DNA of 49,190 bases. Source: Phycisphaeraceae bacterium (GTDB lineage: Bacteria > Planctomycetota > Phycisphaerae > Phycisphaerales > Zrk34). The notes under the pieces were generated by a model. That model was not told the DNA's origin and did no database searches. It worked only from the letters and a program-made list of their open reading frames with translations. Position 1 is the first letter of the stretch, and every line of letters begins with the position of its first letter. This document shows, piece by piece, positions 18,821 to 29,962 of the stretch. The stretch is from positions 1 to 49,190 of the forward strand of contig JBBDRF010000025.1 in NCBI GenBank assembly GCA_040905565.1. The letters run 5' to 3'. Made by a program: the position numbers and the translations under genes.

Positions 18821-19558
18821 ATGTCTGAGCTAAAGCCCGTCATTCAGGAACAAGCTGAGCGGATACTGGAATACCGGTTTCGCGATCCGCAGGTGCTCGT
18901 CAAAGCGCTGACGCATGCGTCGGTGGCGGAGGACCGGTTGCATTCGAACGAGCGGATGGAATTTCTCGGCGATGCGCTGCTGGGCGCGATCGTCTGCGAG
19001 TACCTTTTTCATCATTACCCGGAGTTTCTCGAAGGCGAGTTGACGAAGGTCAAAAGTGCCGTGGTCAGTCGGCGAGTCTGCGCTGATGTGGCGACGGCCC
19101 TCGGGCTGCCCGAACTGCTGAGCCTGGGCAAGGGGATGACCAGTCGGGGCGAACAGCTGCCGGCCAGCCTGGCTGCTGCGGTGTACGAATCCATCGTGGC
19201 AGCGATCTACCTCGACGGTGGAATGGAGGAAACGCGGCGGTTCATCCTTAAGCACCTCGAGCCGCTCATCCACGAAGCGGCCGAGTCCACGCATCAGCAG
19301 AACTTCAAGTCGCTGCTTCAACAGTACGCCCAAAAGAAGCTTGAACAGGTGCCGACCTATCGCCTGCTCGATGAACGTGGCCCGGACCACAGCAAGACCT
19401 TCCAGGTTTGTGCTGAGTTGAACGGCCGCCGCTTCGCCTCCGCGTGGGGGACCAATAAAAAGCAGGCCGAGCAGGATGCGGCGCTGTTGGCGCTTCAGGA
19501 ACTCGGCGTCGCGCGTGTCGACGACGACGGCAGCATCGAAATCCTCGAAGACTTCTAG
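18821..19558 (+). CDS. rnc: Ribonuclease III
   Basis: ALTHAS, NERMEFLGDA signature, dsRBD FKSLLQQY..GPDHSKTF..KKQAEQDAA. Confidence 0.97.
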   Translation: MSELKPVIQEQAERILEYRFRDPQVLVKALTHASVAEDRLHSNERMEFLGDALLGAIVCEYLFHHYPEFLEGELTKVKSAVVSRRVCADVATALGLPELLSLGKGMTSRGEQLPASLAAAVYESIVAAIYLDGGMEETRRFILKHLEPLIHEAAESTHQQNFKSLLQQYAQKKLEQVPTYRLLDERGPDHSKTFQVCAELNGRRFASAWGTNKKQAEQDAALLALQELGVARVDDDGSIEILEDF

Positions 19559-19648
19559 AAACACACCCGGTGCGTGCCCGCGCGGCATGGCCTTTGTTAG
19601 ATGGCTGACACGTGGCCAAAACCCCTCACAGGTGCTACAAAGTTAAGC

Positions 19649-21283
19649 ATGCGCACTTACGCGATGATCCTGGACAACCCCGGCGAGCAGCCGCACGCCA
19701 CTCGCTATCGCGACCCGGCTGTCCTGCGCGAACTCGGCTACACCGACCTGATCGTCTATCCCACGACCGGCCTCTCGGGACTGCTCGGCCCGGACACGCT
19801 CGCCCAATCCGATACGCGCCAGTGGGTTTCCGAAGCGTTCGACCGCGTGGCCACAACGGTGCGCGAAGCCCGGGCGGCGGGGCTGCGTGTGCACCTGACT
19901 TATGACGCCCCGAGCCTTGCCGCTGAGTTGGTCGGTTCCGCCAGCAGTTGCGTGAACACCAGCCCGACCATGCTCTGCCCGGCCTCCGACCAGTTGCTGG
20001 AGATGAGCGGGCAGTGCCTGGAAGCGTTGATCTCGGAAATCAGCGACGTCGACGGCATCGTGCTCCGCCTCGGCGACAACGACGCGACGAAGCTTCACTA
20101 TCTCGTCGGCAACGATATCTATGCGCCCCACTGTGCCCGTTGTGCGGGCATGGGGCGGGCGGATCGGCTCGAGAAATTCATCAACTTCTACTATGACTTG
20201 GTCGTCCGACGCCTCGGCCGCGACCTGATTGTGCGGGCGTGGAACGTCAAGCCCAACGGCATGCACGACAACGTCGACCTTTGCCAGCGGCTGGTGAAAC
20301 GGCTGCCGATCGACGAGAAGCTCATCCTTTCGTTCAAGTTCACGCAGACCGATTTCTGGCGCTACCAGAAGTGGAACGAATCAAGCCTCGTCTGCGGCGA
20401 CCGCCCGATCATCTACGAACTGCAATGCCAGCGCGAATTCGAAGGCAAGGGGGCGGTGCCCAATTACCAGGTGCCGTTGTGGCGCGACGGCATGACGGAG
20501 ATCGAAGGGGCGATCGGCCTGTCGCAGGCGGTGAAGCAGGCGAACGTGGTCGGCCTCTGGGCATGGGTGCGAGGCGGCGGCTGGCGGGGGCCTTACGTCA
20601 CGCCCGAGAATGAAGCGTGGATCGATGCCAACGTTGTCGCCGTGCCGCAGCTTGCGAAGGATCCCGAAGCAGACCCGGCTACGCTGGCGAAACAGTGGAT
20701 CGCTGAACGCCTGAAGGTGAAGGAAGCCCCGTTGGCCGAGGCGCTGCTGGACACGCTTTTGAGTTCACCGCAGACGGTGCTGGAGACGTTCTACATCGGC
20801 CCTTATGCCCGCAATCGTGTCGACCCCTGGCACCCTGCTGCGGACGTGATTCAGGATGATCAGATCGATGCGGACGCGGCGTGGAATCTCATCCGTCGAC
20901 TCGCTGCGGACAGCCTGGACGAAGCCGTGGCGGAGAAGGCCGCGGCGGAAGCGCGCATCAGCACCCAACGGCGGGCGCTCGGCCCGTTGAGTCATAGCAC
21001 TGCTGCGATGGCGCCGGCTGTGCCTGTCAGCCTTGAGTATGCCCAGACGCTGATTCAGACGTTGCGATCACTGATCGCGGGGCTGGTCGCATACCGACGC
21101 AGTCTGCGGAAGAGCGACCCGGTGGCAGCCCAAAGTGCGGAGAAACACATGCGGGCGTGCCAGTCGCATTGGGTCCATCATTCCCAGCGCGTGGCCAGCT
21201 ACGGCTCAGCCTCGGCGTTCAACTCTGACAACCTGTGGGACGTCACCGAGCACGTCATCGACCACGTCACCACCCGCGGCTGA
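19649..21283 (+). CDS. Hypothetical protein, possibly a glycoside-hydrolase-like TIM barrel
   Basis: Long ORF with host-like codon usage; DGIVLRLGD, IVRAW, KFTQTDFWR, ELQCQREFEGKG; no signal peptide. Start could be 19601 or 19649. Confidence 0.6.
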   Translation: MRTYAMILDNPGEQPHATRYRDPAVLRELGYTDLIVYPTTGLSGLLGPDTLAQSDTRQWVSEAFDRVATTVREARAAGLRVHLTYDAPSLAAELVGSASSCVNTSPTMLCPASDQLLEMSGQCLEALISEISDVDGIVLRLGDNDATKLHYLVGNDIYAPHCARCAGMGRADRLEKFINFYYDLVVRRLGRDLIVRAWNVKPNGMHDNVDLCQRLVKRLPIDEKLILSFKFTQTDFWRYQKWNESSLVCGDRPIIYELQCQREFEGKGAVPNYQVPLWRDGMTEIEGAIGLSQAVKQANVVGLWAWVRGGGWRGPYVTPENEAWIDANVVAVPQLAKDPEADPATLAKQWIAERLKVKEAPLAEALLDTLLSSPQTVLETFYIGPYARNRVDPWHPAADVIQDDQIDADAAWNLIRRLAADSLDEAVAEKAAAEARISTQRRALGPLSHSTAAMAPAVPVSLEYAQTLIQTLRSLIAGLVAYRRSLRKSDPVAAQSAEKHMRACQSHWVHHSQRVASYGSASAFNSDNLWDVTEHVIDHVTTRG

Positions 21284-21297
21284 CCGCCGACGAACGC

Positions 21298-21420
21298 GGG
21301 TGCCCCGGCCAGCGAGCAAAGCGAGACGGCCGGGCTTCCCACGCCCCCCCCCACAACACCGGCGGAAATCGTAAGCTAACGCACTTCCCCGCCCGGCCGT
21401 CTGCGCTGGCCGGGGCACCC
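21298..21420. repeat. REP-like inverted-repeat element, copy 2
   Basis: Same arms as copy 1; lies between convergent genes. Confidence 0.85.
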
Positions 21421-21447
21421 ACCATGGGTTTCGCCCCTGCGATTGCG

Positions 21448-22125
21448 TCACTCTTTGTAGCTTTCAGCGTCGGGTTGTTCGCCGTGTTCGGTCTTCTGGC
21501 GCAGTGGTTTCAGGCGCGTTGCGACGCGTGCGATGCGTGAGCCGAGGTTGCGTGCGGTGGTGAGTTCCGAGTCGACCGGCTGCCTGGAGTTGTCCGGGCC
21601 GGCGAGGGTGCCCGGGCCGTAGGGCGATCCGCCGATGCCGTCGGTGACCATGATCTGCGGGTTCTGGCCGTAGGGTGTGCCGACGAAGATCATGCCGAGG
21701 TGGAGGAGGGGGACGAGGCTGGTGAGGATGGTCGATTCCTGGCCGCCGTGGATCGTGGCGGTGCTGGTGAAGATGCCGGCGGGCTTGTCTTCCAGTTCGC
21801 CTTTCATCCAGAGGCCGCTGGTGGTGTCGATGAAGGCTTTGAGTTGGGCGGTCATGTTGCCGTAGCGGGTGGGGGTGCCGAAGGCGATGCCGTCGGCCCA
21901 GCGGAGGTCGTCGTGGGTGACCTCGGGGATCTCCTTCTGCTTCTGCATCGCTTCCTGGTAATGCTCGCTGGCTTCGAGCTTGGCGCGGAAGGGTTCGAGT
22001 TCTGCCACGCGTCGCAGCCGAACGTCGATGTCGCTTTCCGTGTTCGCCCCCTCAACCACGGCCTCCGCCATGCGGTGGATGTGTCCGAAGGCGCTGTAAT
22101 AGACCACAAGAACGTTCGTCGCCAT
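21448..22125 (-). CDS. wrbA: NAD(P)H:quinone oxidoreductase, WrbA family
   Basis: VVYYSAFGH, FGTPTRYGNM, STATIHGGQEST, GGSPYG; GGGAG RBS. Confidence 0.93.
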   Translation of the reverse strand: MATNVLVVYYSAFGHIHRMAEAVVEGANTESDIDVRLRRVAELEPFRAKLEASEHYQEAMQKQKEIPEVTHDDLRWADGIAFGTPTRYGNMTAQLKAFIDTTSGLWMKGELEDKPAGIFTSTATIHGGQESTILTSLVPLLHLGMIFVGTPYGQNPQIMVTDGIGGSPYGPGTLAGPDNSRQPVDSELTTARNLGSRIARVATRLKPLRQKTEHGEQPDAESYKE

Positions 22126-22181
22126 GATTATCACTCCCGTAAGTGCATCAACTCGTTAATGGGCCATCGTAGGTGTGCCGT

Positions 22182-23048
22182 TCAGGGGGTTGGCTGTTCC
22201 TCAGCTTCCAGCAGAAACTGCTGCAGCATTTCCAGCCGATCCGTGTTAAGCATGTCGACATCGTGTTCCAGAAGCACGCGCCAGAGTGCGGGGCGTTCGG
22301 GCGTCGCCCAGAAGCGCAGGCGGCGGCCGGCTGCATGCACCTGCTCGACGATGCGGCTCAGCTTCTCGCGCTCCTCCTCGGGCATCTCGCCTTCGCCGGT
22401 CCAGTGAAAATGCACGTACCAGTTGTCGCTGATCCAGGGCATGAGTTCCGGTGGGGCGTTGCTTTGCAGGTCCGAAATTCGGCCATCCACACCGGCGTAA
22501 AGCACCCGCTCCTGGCGCATCAGCTCGATGGGCCGCGAACCGCTGATGACCACGCGCACCGGGCCCGGCTCTAGCTCGCCATCACGCACCACCGTCAGCA
22601 TCTCGGCATACTCAGCGAGCACCTCATGCACCAGCGGCCAGGTCTCATGACCCACTGTTTTGAAATCGATCATCAACCAGAACGGACGCGATTCGCCGGG
22701 ATAAACACGGCCGTCATTCTCGCGCACCCGCGCAAGCAGCGGATCGAGGTACAGACTCTGAAGCGTGCGATCCGCCTCGATCTCCCGCTGAGAATGCGCC
22801 ACCAGCAGCTCATCGCCGATGCGGAACAGGTCCGTCTCAACGTGCATGAAGCCCCGGTCCAGTGCGTCGAACAGCGGGCGGGCATGGTAATAGTCGTTGT
22901 GCGCAAACGCACGGTTTAACGGCACGACCTCGGTTGGAGCGTTCTCGCGCGGTGCCTCATCCGCGGCTACGCCGGCTGCGCAAGCGACGAACAAGATGCA
23001 TGCGAAGAGGGCTGCTCCGGCCGACCCCAACGAAAAAACGTGGCGCAT
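22182..23048 (-). CDS. Secreted PI-PLC/GDPD-like phosphodiesterase
   Basis: AHNDY, VETD, LLVAH, SLYLDPL, IDFK, RFWATP and NTD motifs; AAGGAG RBS; signal peptide. Confidence 0.85.
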   Translation of the reverse strand: MRHVFSLGSAGAALFACILFVACAAGVAADEAPRENAPTEVVPLNRAFAHNDYYHARPLFDALDRGFMHVETDLFRIGDELLVAHSQREIEADRTLQSLYLDPLLARVRENDGRVYPGESRPFWLMIDFKTVGHETWPLVHEVLAEYAEMLTVVRDGELEPGPVRVVISGSRPIELMRQERVLYAGVDGRISDLQSNAPPELMPWISDNWYVHFHWTGEGEMPEEEREKLSRIVEQVHAAGRRLRFWATPERPALWRVLLEHDVDMLNTDRLEMLQQFLLEAEEQPTP

Positions 23049-23334
23049 GTAACTCTCCTTTGGGTTAAGCAGACTCGATTGTCGCCGCTGCAATGAGTAA
23101 GCACAACTGCCACCTCCACTATAAACCGCCGTATCCATGACAGCTGCAAAACATCTGTTTTTCGGGCGGTTTTTGCATCAGGAAATCCCCGATTACCGCT
23201 TGCGGGAGATGCCCCGAGGGGGCAGAATGGCGGCCTTCAATTCTGATGACCCTCGGTCGATGGCGGTTGCGTATGCGTGTGCCTTCGCCGATCCCGGGGT
23301 GAGTCGACTGACCCAATCTGTGGAGAGATAGAGA

Positions 23335-24378
23335 ATGGTTCGCCCGATCGTTGCGCTTGGTTTGTTGATGTCGCTTTTGGTGTCCGCCGGCTGTGGCGGA
23401 TTCGGGATTCCCGCGGCGTTGAGTGCGGGATCTGACATTACGTCGGGCCCGACGCTCACGAAAGAGACGTGGAATGACAGCATCGTTCAGACCGTGGCGG
23501 AGGAGGTGACGGTCGCGCCGCCGCTGCGCGTGATGAGTTTCAACATGCGCGTGCGGACGCCGTTCGATCTGTTCAACGGCTGGGCGTTTCGGCGCGGTCT
23601 TGTCAGCCATGCGATCGGCAACTTCGATGCGGACATCGTGGGCACGCAGGAAGCGTTGATGAATCAGCTTGATGAGGTTCATGCCGACCTGCCGCACTAC
23701 GACGTGGTGGCGGCGGGGCGGGACGACGGCAAGGAAAACGGCGAGACGGTGGGGATCCTCTACCGTGCGGACCGCTTCGAGCTGGTGGATTCCGGCCACT
23801 TCTGGCTCAGCGACACGCCCGATGACGTCGCCAGCCGATCGTGGGGGAACATGTTCAATCGCATGGTGACGTGGGCCCACCTGCGCGATCTGGAGCACGA
23901 CGCCCAGCAGGAAATATTCGTCTTCAATACGCACCTGGATGTCTTCAGTCGCAAGGCGCGGCATGAGTCGGCACACCTGCTGCACCGGAAGATTCAGCAG
24001 TTGGCGGGCGATCTTCCGGTGATCGCCACGGGCGACTTCAATGCGAGCGAAGGGGCGAGCACTTACCAACTTCTGGTGCAGGCGGAGGGCGATGGCCGAC
24101 GCTATTTGCGTGACGCGCACCGCTATGTCCATCCCACGCCCGGCGAGGACGACGGGACGATGCACAAGTTCAACGGCGGCACCGGCGGCGAACGCATCGA
24201 CTGGATCCTGGCGTGTCGGCAGCTCACGCCCGTCGCAGCGGCGATCGACCACACCCACTCGGGCCGACGCTATCCCTCTGATCATTTTCCGGTCTCGGCC
24301 GTGCTGCTTTATACCGGGCAGCCGACGCTTGATCCGACCATCACGGCGGAGCAGGAGCCGACCGGCGGCGGCGCGTGA
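23335..24378 (+). CDS. Endonuclease/exonuclease/phosphatase family lipoprotein
   Basis: Lipobox SAGC; MSFN, GTQE, NTHLD, GDFN, RIDWI, PSDHFPV. Confidence 0.9.
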   Translation: MVRPIVALGLLMSLLVSAGCGGFGIPAALSAGSDITSGPTLTKETWNDSIVQTVAEEVTVAPPLRVMSFNMRVRTPFDLFNGWAFRRGLVSHAIGNFDADIVGTQEALMNQLDEVHADLPHYDVVAAGRDDGKENGETVGILYRADRFELVDSGHFWLSDTPDDVASRSWGNMFNRMVTWAHLRDLEHDAQQEIFVFNTHLDVFSRKARHESAHLLHRKIQQLAGDLPVIATGDFNASEGASTYQLLVQAEGDGRRYLRDAHRYVHPTPGEDDGTMHKFNGGTGGERIDWILACRQLTPVAAAIDHTHSGRRYPSDHFPVSAVLLYTGQPTLDPTITAEQEPTGGGA

Positions 24379-24417
24379 GTGAGGGCAAATCGGCGGCTGC
24401 TGCGGTACGATTGAAGG

Positions 24418-25140
24418 ATGACTGATACCGCCACTGTTGTGCCGCGTGTTCCGCCGGGCGTGCATCGCGTCGGGTTCGGCCATGTCTTTGTCCATCTGCT
24501 GGTCGACGAGACGGGCGTCGTCCTGATCGACACCGGCATGATCGGCGAGGTGAATCTCATCCATCGCAAGCTGCGTGCGCTGGGGTTCGACTGGAAGGAC
24601 GTGCGTGCCATTCTGCTGACCCATGGCCATCTGGATCATGCGGGGCGGGCGCACGTGATCCGCCGGCTGACCGAGGCACCCATCTACGCCCACCCCGAAG
24701 AGCAGCCACACATCGACGGGTGCTATCCCTACACCGGCATCTCGCGCGTCTGTGGCATACTCGAAGCGTGCGGTCGTTTCCTATTCCGCTATCGCTCGGT
24801 GCCGATCGACGTGCCCCTTCATGATGGTCAGCATCTGGACCTGTGGGGCGGGCTGGAAGTGATGCACCTGCCGGGTCATTCCATTGGGCACTGCGGCTTT
24901 TATAGCGCGAAGCACGATGTGCTTTTCTCGGGCGATCTGTTCGAGGACTGGTTCGGCTGGACGCGGGCCTCGCCGCCGTGGTTCAACAGTTGCCCGCAGT
25001 TTTTCCCCGAAAGTTTTCGACGGGTTGCGGAGCTTGATCCGACGTACATCCTGCCTAATCACTACATCCAGAACGACGGCCGGGCGGTGGCGCGACGCTT
25101 TCATCGTTACTATGAAAGGCGATGGAAACAGCAGGCGTGA
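24418..25140 (+). CDS. MBL-fold metallo-hydrolase
   Basis: LIDTG, THGHLDH, PGHSIGH, SGD, NH. Confidence 0.9.
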   Translation: MTDTATVVPRVPPGVHRVGFGHVFVHLLVDETGVVLIDTGMIGEVNLIHRKLRALGFDWKDVRAILLTHGHLDHAGRAHVIRRLTEAPIYAHPEEQPHIDGCYPYTGISRVCGILEACGRFLFRYRSVPIDVPLHDGQHLDLWGGLEVMHLPGHSIGHCGFYSAKHDVLFSGDLFEDWFGWTRASPPWFNSCPQFFPESFRRVAELDPTYILPNHYIQNDGRAVARRFHRYYERRWKQQA

Positions 25141-25149
25141 AGTCCGTGC

Positions 25150-25260
25150 GGGTGCCCCGGCCAGCGAAGACGGCCGGGCGGGGTAGCGGCATGAGGTGCG
25201 CCCTCTGCATGCGCCCGGCAACACCCGGCCGTCTCGCGGCGCTCCCTGGCCGGGGCACCC
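25150..25260. repeat. REP-like inverted-repeat element, copy 3
   Basis: GGGTGCCCCGGCCAGCGAAGACGGCCGGG ... CCCGGCCGTCT...CTGGCCGGGGCACCC. Confidence 0.85.
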
Positions 25261-25434
25261 TTGATGAGCAAAGCGGCGGCATCGTGTTTGCGTCGTATTG
25301 TCATCGAATAAGGCTTTGCCGGGCGGCGGGAACACGGCGAACATCGCCCGCCTCCCCGGCGTTGTAAATTGCAGAAGCTTCACGCAGCGTCGAAAAGATC
25401 AAACCAAGCGCACGCATACCCGGAGTCACTTGCC

Positions 25435-25866
25435 ATGCTTCATCCATATGAATCGCAACAGCGCAGCCGATCGGGCAGCCAGCAGGAAAACGTCGGGCAG
25501 GTCGATCGCTGGATCTCGGGACTCTTTGGAACCAGTCTGCTGTTTTCCGGCCTGCGGAGGGGCGGACTGCGGAGGGGCGGACTGTTCGGACTGATCCGCT
25601 CGGGTATCGGCTCGGCCTTGGTCTACCGCAGCATGACCGGCCACTGCCCCGTGCAGGCTTCGCTTGATGAACAGTCGTCGCGTCGTGTCCATGCGGCTGG
25701 ACGCAGCCCGACGGCCCCGGTGGATTCGATGGCCGCGACGCAGAAGAAGCAGCCGCCTCACATCCGCCACGCCAGTCATCAGCCGCCGGACAAGGTGCAG
25801 GAGGCCAGCGAGGAATCGTTCCCCGCCAGCGACGCACCCGGCTGGTCGGCTGACCGACCGATGTAA
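25435..25866 (+). CDS. DUF2892/YgaP-like membrane protein with a C-terminal ASEESFPASDAP motif
   Basis: ENVGQVDRWIS..LVYRSMTGHCP and VQEASEESFPASDAPGW; GGAG RBS. Confidence 0.7.
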   Translation: MLHPYESQQRSRSGSQQENVGQVDRWISGLFGTSLLFSGLRRGGLRRGGLFGLIRSGIGSALVYRSMTGHCPVQASLDEQSSRRVHAAGRSPTAPVDSMAATQKKQPPHIRHASHQPPDKVQEASEESFPASDAPGWSADRPM

Positions 25867-25873
25867 CGGCAAT

Positions 25874-26835
25874 TCAGTCGGCGGCGAAACAGAGCACCCC
25901 GAAACGCTCGTCCGCGTCCGTGAAGTGAGCACGGAGCCCGAGCCCCGCCCGGCCTGCCGCCCGCTCCACGGTCGGCACATCAAACTTGTAGGAACATTCG
26001 GTGAGGATGGTTTCGCCGGCCGTGAAGTCGAACGCGCGGTCGGCGATCGTCACACGCTGACCCTCCCGGCTTGCCAGGTGCATTTCGACACGACGCCGAC
26101 GGGGGCAGTACAGCGTTCGATGCTCAAAACGCTCAGGTTTGAAGTCCGCACCAAGCTCTTCGTTCGCCCGGTGGAGCACGTTCAGATTGAACGCAGCGGT
26201 CACGCCCGCCTCGTCGTCATACGCAGCATGCAGCACGTTTGGATCACGCGTCAGATCAAGGCCGACGATGACGACGCCCTCACGCCCCGCCAGCTCCCGG
26301 AAGCGACGTAATAGCTTCAGACGCTGCGGCGGATGAAAGTTGCCCAGCGTCGATCCGGGAAAGAATACGACGCGTCGCCTGCAAGGTTGCGGGGGCTCGG
26401 GCAGCGTCAGCGGTTGCGTGAAATCGGCGCATACCGGTTGAATCGGCACGTCCGGCAACGCCTGCGACAACGGCTCGGCGGCGGCGAGCAGGGCGGATCG
26501 CGAGATATCGATCGGCATGTAGACGCAGGTCGGGCGCAGCGCCTGAAGCAGCAGCCGGGTCTTCAAACTTGAGCCGCTGCCGGGCTCGATCACCAACGGC
26601 TCGGCGCCGATGAGGTCGGCAAGATCCGTCGCGTGCTGCTCGAGGATCGCCACTTCTGTCCGCGTGGGGTAATAGCTGGGCAGCCGGGTGATCTGCTCGA
26701 AAAGCTCCGACCCGCGCTGATCGTAAAAGTACTTCGGCGGGATGGTGCGTGGCCGGCGTGAGAGGCCTCGCAGCACGTCGGACATGAAGTGCTGGGCAGG
26801 CGGGTGGAGGTCGATGATGTCGATGGGGTCGGCCG

Positions 26836-26839
<4 letters not shown>
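25874..26839 (-). CDS. egtD: L-histidine N-alpha-methyltransferase (ergothioneine pathway)
   Basis: PKYFYDQRGSELFEQIT, YYPTRTE, EPGSGSSLKT, FPGSTLGN, AYDDEAGVTAAFN, TECSYKF. Confidence 0.95.
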
Positions 26840-28176
<1,337 letters not shown>

Positions 28177-28287
28177 GAAATATCTCCCCGGTCTCAATGA
28201 CTCCCCGTGATGAGGTTATGCACGGCGCGTGTCATTGTCACCCTTCCAGCGAGTTCTTAATACGCTCCGACCGAACGTAATGCGCGC

Positions 28288-28324
28288 AAAAAAAGCAGCG
28301 CGCGTCCCCTCCAGCGCGCGCTGC
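28288..28324 (-). terminator. Terminator of the DUF2267 gene
   Basis: Perfect GCAGCGCGCG/CGCGCGCTGC stem plus A7 on +. Confidence 0.8.
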
Positions 28325-28352
28325 CCGTCCCGAACTGATTTTTCAGCCGCGG

Positions 28353-28784
28353 CTAGTGTTCCGGCCACAGCGTTCGAATCGGCTCGGGCAAGACCTGTTT
28401 CACATCCTGAATCTCGCCTTCGCTGACCTTCCGCTCAAGCAGCGTGAAGACCGCTCGCACCGCGTCCTCCGGATCGAAGGCCACGTTATTGCGAAGCTGG
28501 TCCCGCACGCTTTTGATGAACGTATCGCGATCGCGCACCGTCACCGGCGACCCGCTCGGCTTCCACCCCTCGTAATAAAAGCCGCGGATCAGCATCGGCA
28601 ACTCTGACGCCAGGTGTGCCGCCTCGCCGACCGTCAAACGGTCACGCAGCGCATGCAGCACTGCCCGGCAGGCGGAGTACGCCTGTTCCTCGGACTGAAA
28701 TTGCCCAATCTCCTCAAGCTCCTTCAGCCACTGATGCGACTTCTGCCACGTCGCGTCGAAAAGATGCTGCATGCTCGTGGCCAT
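28353..28784 (-). CDS. DUF2267 family protein
   Basis: AYSACRAVLHALRDRL..EAAHLASELPMLIRGFYYEGW..LWP. Confidence 0.85.
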   Translation of the reverse strand: MATSMQHLFDATWQKSHQWLKELEEIGQFQSEEQAYSACRAVLHALRDRLTVGEAAHLASELPMLIRGFYYEGWKPSGSPVTVRDRDTFIKSVRDQLRNNVAFDPEDAVRAVFTLLERKVSEGEIQDVKQVLPEPIRTLWPEH

Positions 28785-28957
28785 GTCGACGTTCCTTTTG
28801 AGACTGAACACAAATCGAATCGTTCACCACAATCAAAGCGTAAGAACGCGCGACAGGCGACGGCGCACAGGAAATGCGAGCCTCACGCGGTCGGTCGCAC
28901 CCCCAGCGGCGTCCCGGGAAGTTCCGACCGGCCCTCATCGTTCACCCGACCGCCGAA

Positions 28958-28991
28958 TTGACAAAACGCTATTGATAGGAAAAAATCAATA
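28958..28991 (+). promoter_or_regulatory. Sigma70-like promoter overlapped by a palindromic operator
   Basis: TTGACA-N17-AAAAAT; inverted repeat TATTGAT-N8-ATCAATA at 28970-28991, ending 2 nt before the ATG. Confidence 0.65.
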
Positions 28992-28993
28992 CC

Positions 28994-29962
28994 ATGAACC
29001 CAAGCCCTCCCCGCATCAGCCGCTGCGTACGCCTGCACGTTCACGCGCTCACCGTGCTTCTGTTCACCATGCTGCTGGCGGGGTGTTCGCAGCGGGAGGT
29101 CTCCGATGAGCCCGTCATCGTCGCGACGATCTTCCCCCTCGCGAACCTTGTGGAGCAGATCGTCGGCGACCGCGCTGAGGTCATCTGCACCGTTCCGCCC
29201 GGGATGAGCCCGCACGGGTTCGAGCCCACCGCGCGCCACATGGAAGCCATCCGCCGGGCCGAGATGGTTGTCATGGTCGGCCTCAACTACGACGACTGGG
29301 CCCGCGACGCCAAGCAGCGCTACGCGCCCGCCGACGCTGCTTTGGTCGTCTTCTCCGAAGCCGTCGGCCTCGAAACGCACGACGACCACGCGCATCACGA
29401 TCACGACCACGGTCATGCCGACGAGCACGACCACGGCGGCGCTAACCCGCACCTCTGGCTCGACCCGGTCCTTACGCACCAGTTCGTCGAGGCGCTCGGC
29501 TCGCACCTCGCCGCACGCCTGGGTGATGATGACGGTCAGCTCGCCGCTCGGACCGCCGCCCTGTCCGAGGAGTTTGCCGAGATCGACCGCGAGTACACCG
29601 AGGCCCTCGCCCCTTACGCCGATGCGAAAATCATCACGTTTCACAATGCTTTCGATCGCATGGTCGAACGCTACGGCATGGAAATGGCCGCCACGCTGAC
29701 CCCCGTCGATGCACCCGGCGCGTTGACCTCCGGCCGAGTCGAGCGGGCGCTTCAGGTCATCGCTGAGCATGATGTGCGGACGGTTTACGCCGAGCCGCAG
29801 TTCCCCGCCGAAGCGTTCCGCGTCCTCGAGAATGAAGCCGGCGTCCGCGTACTCATCCTCGATCCGCTCGGCGATCCCTACGATTCAGAGCGCGACACGT
29901 TCCAGAAGATCATGCGCCGCAACCTCGAAACCCTCGTCGATGGCCTGGGAGCACGCTCATGA
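28994..29962 (+). CDS. znuA: Zn/Mn ABC transporter substrate-binding lipoprotein
   Basis: Lipobox LAGC; SPHGFEP, His-rich loop, NPHLWLDP, HNAF, LDPLG. Confidence 0.85.
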   Translation: MNPSPPRISRCVRLHVHALTVLLFTMLLAGCSQREVSDEPVIVATIFPLANLVEQIVGDRAEVICTVPPGMSPHGFEPTARHMEAIRRAEMVVMVGLNYDDWARDAKQRYAPADAALVVFSEAVGLETHDDHAHHDHDHGHADEHDHGGANPHLWLDPVLTHQFVEALGSHLAARLGDDDGQLAARTAALSEEFAEIDREYTEALAPYADAKIITFHNAFDRMVERYGMEMAATLTPVDAPGALTSGRVERALQVIAEHDVRTVYAEPQFPAEAFRVLENEAGVRVLILDPLGDPYDSERDTFQKIMRRNLETLVDGLGARS

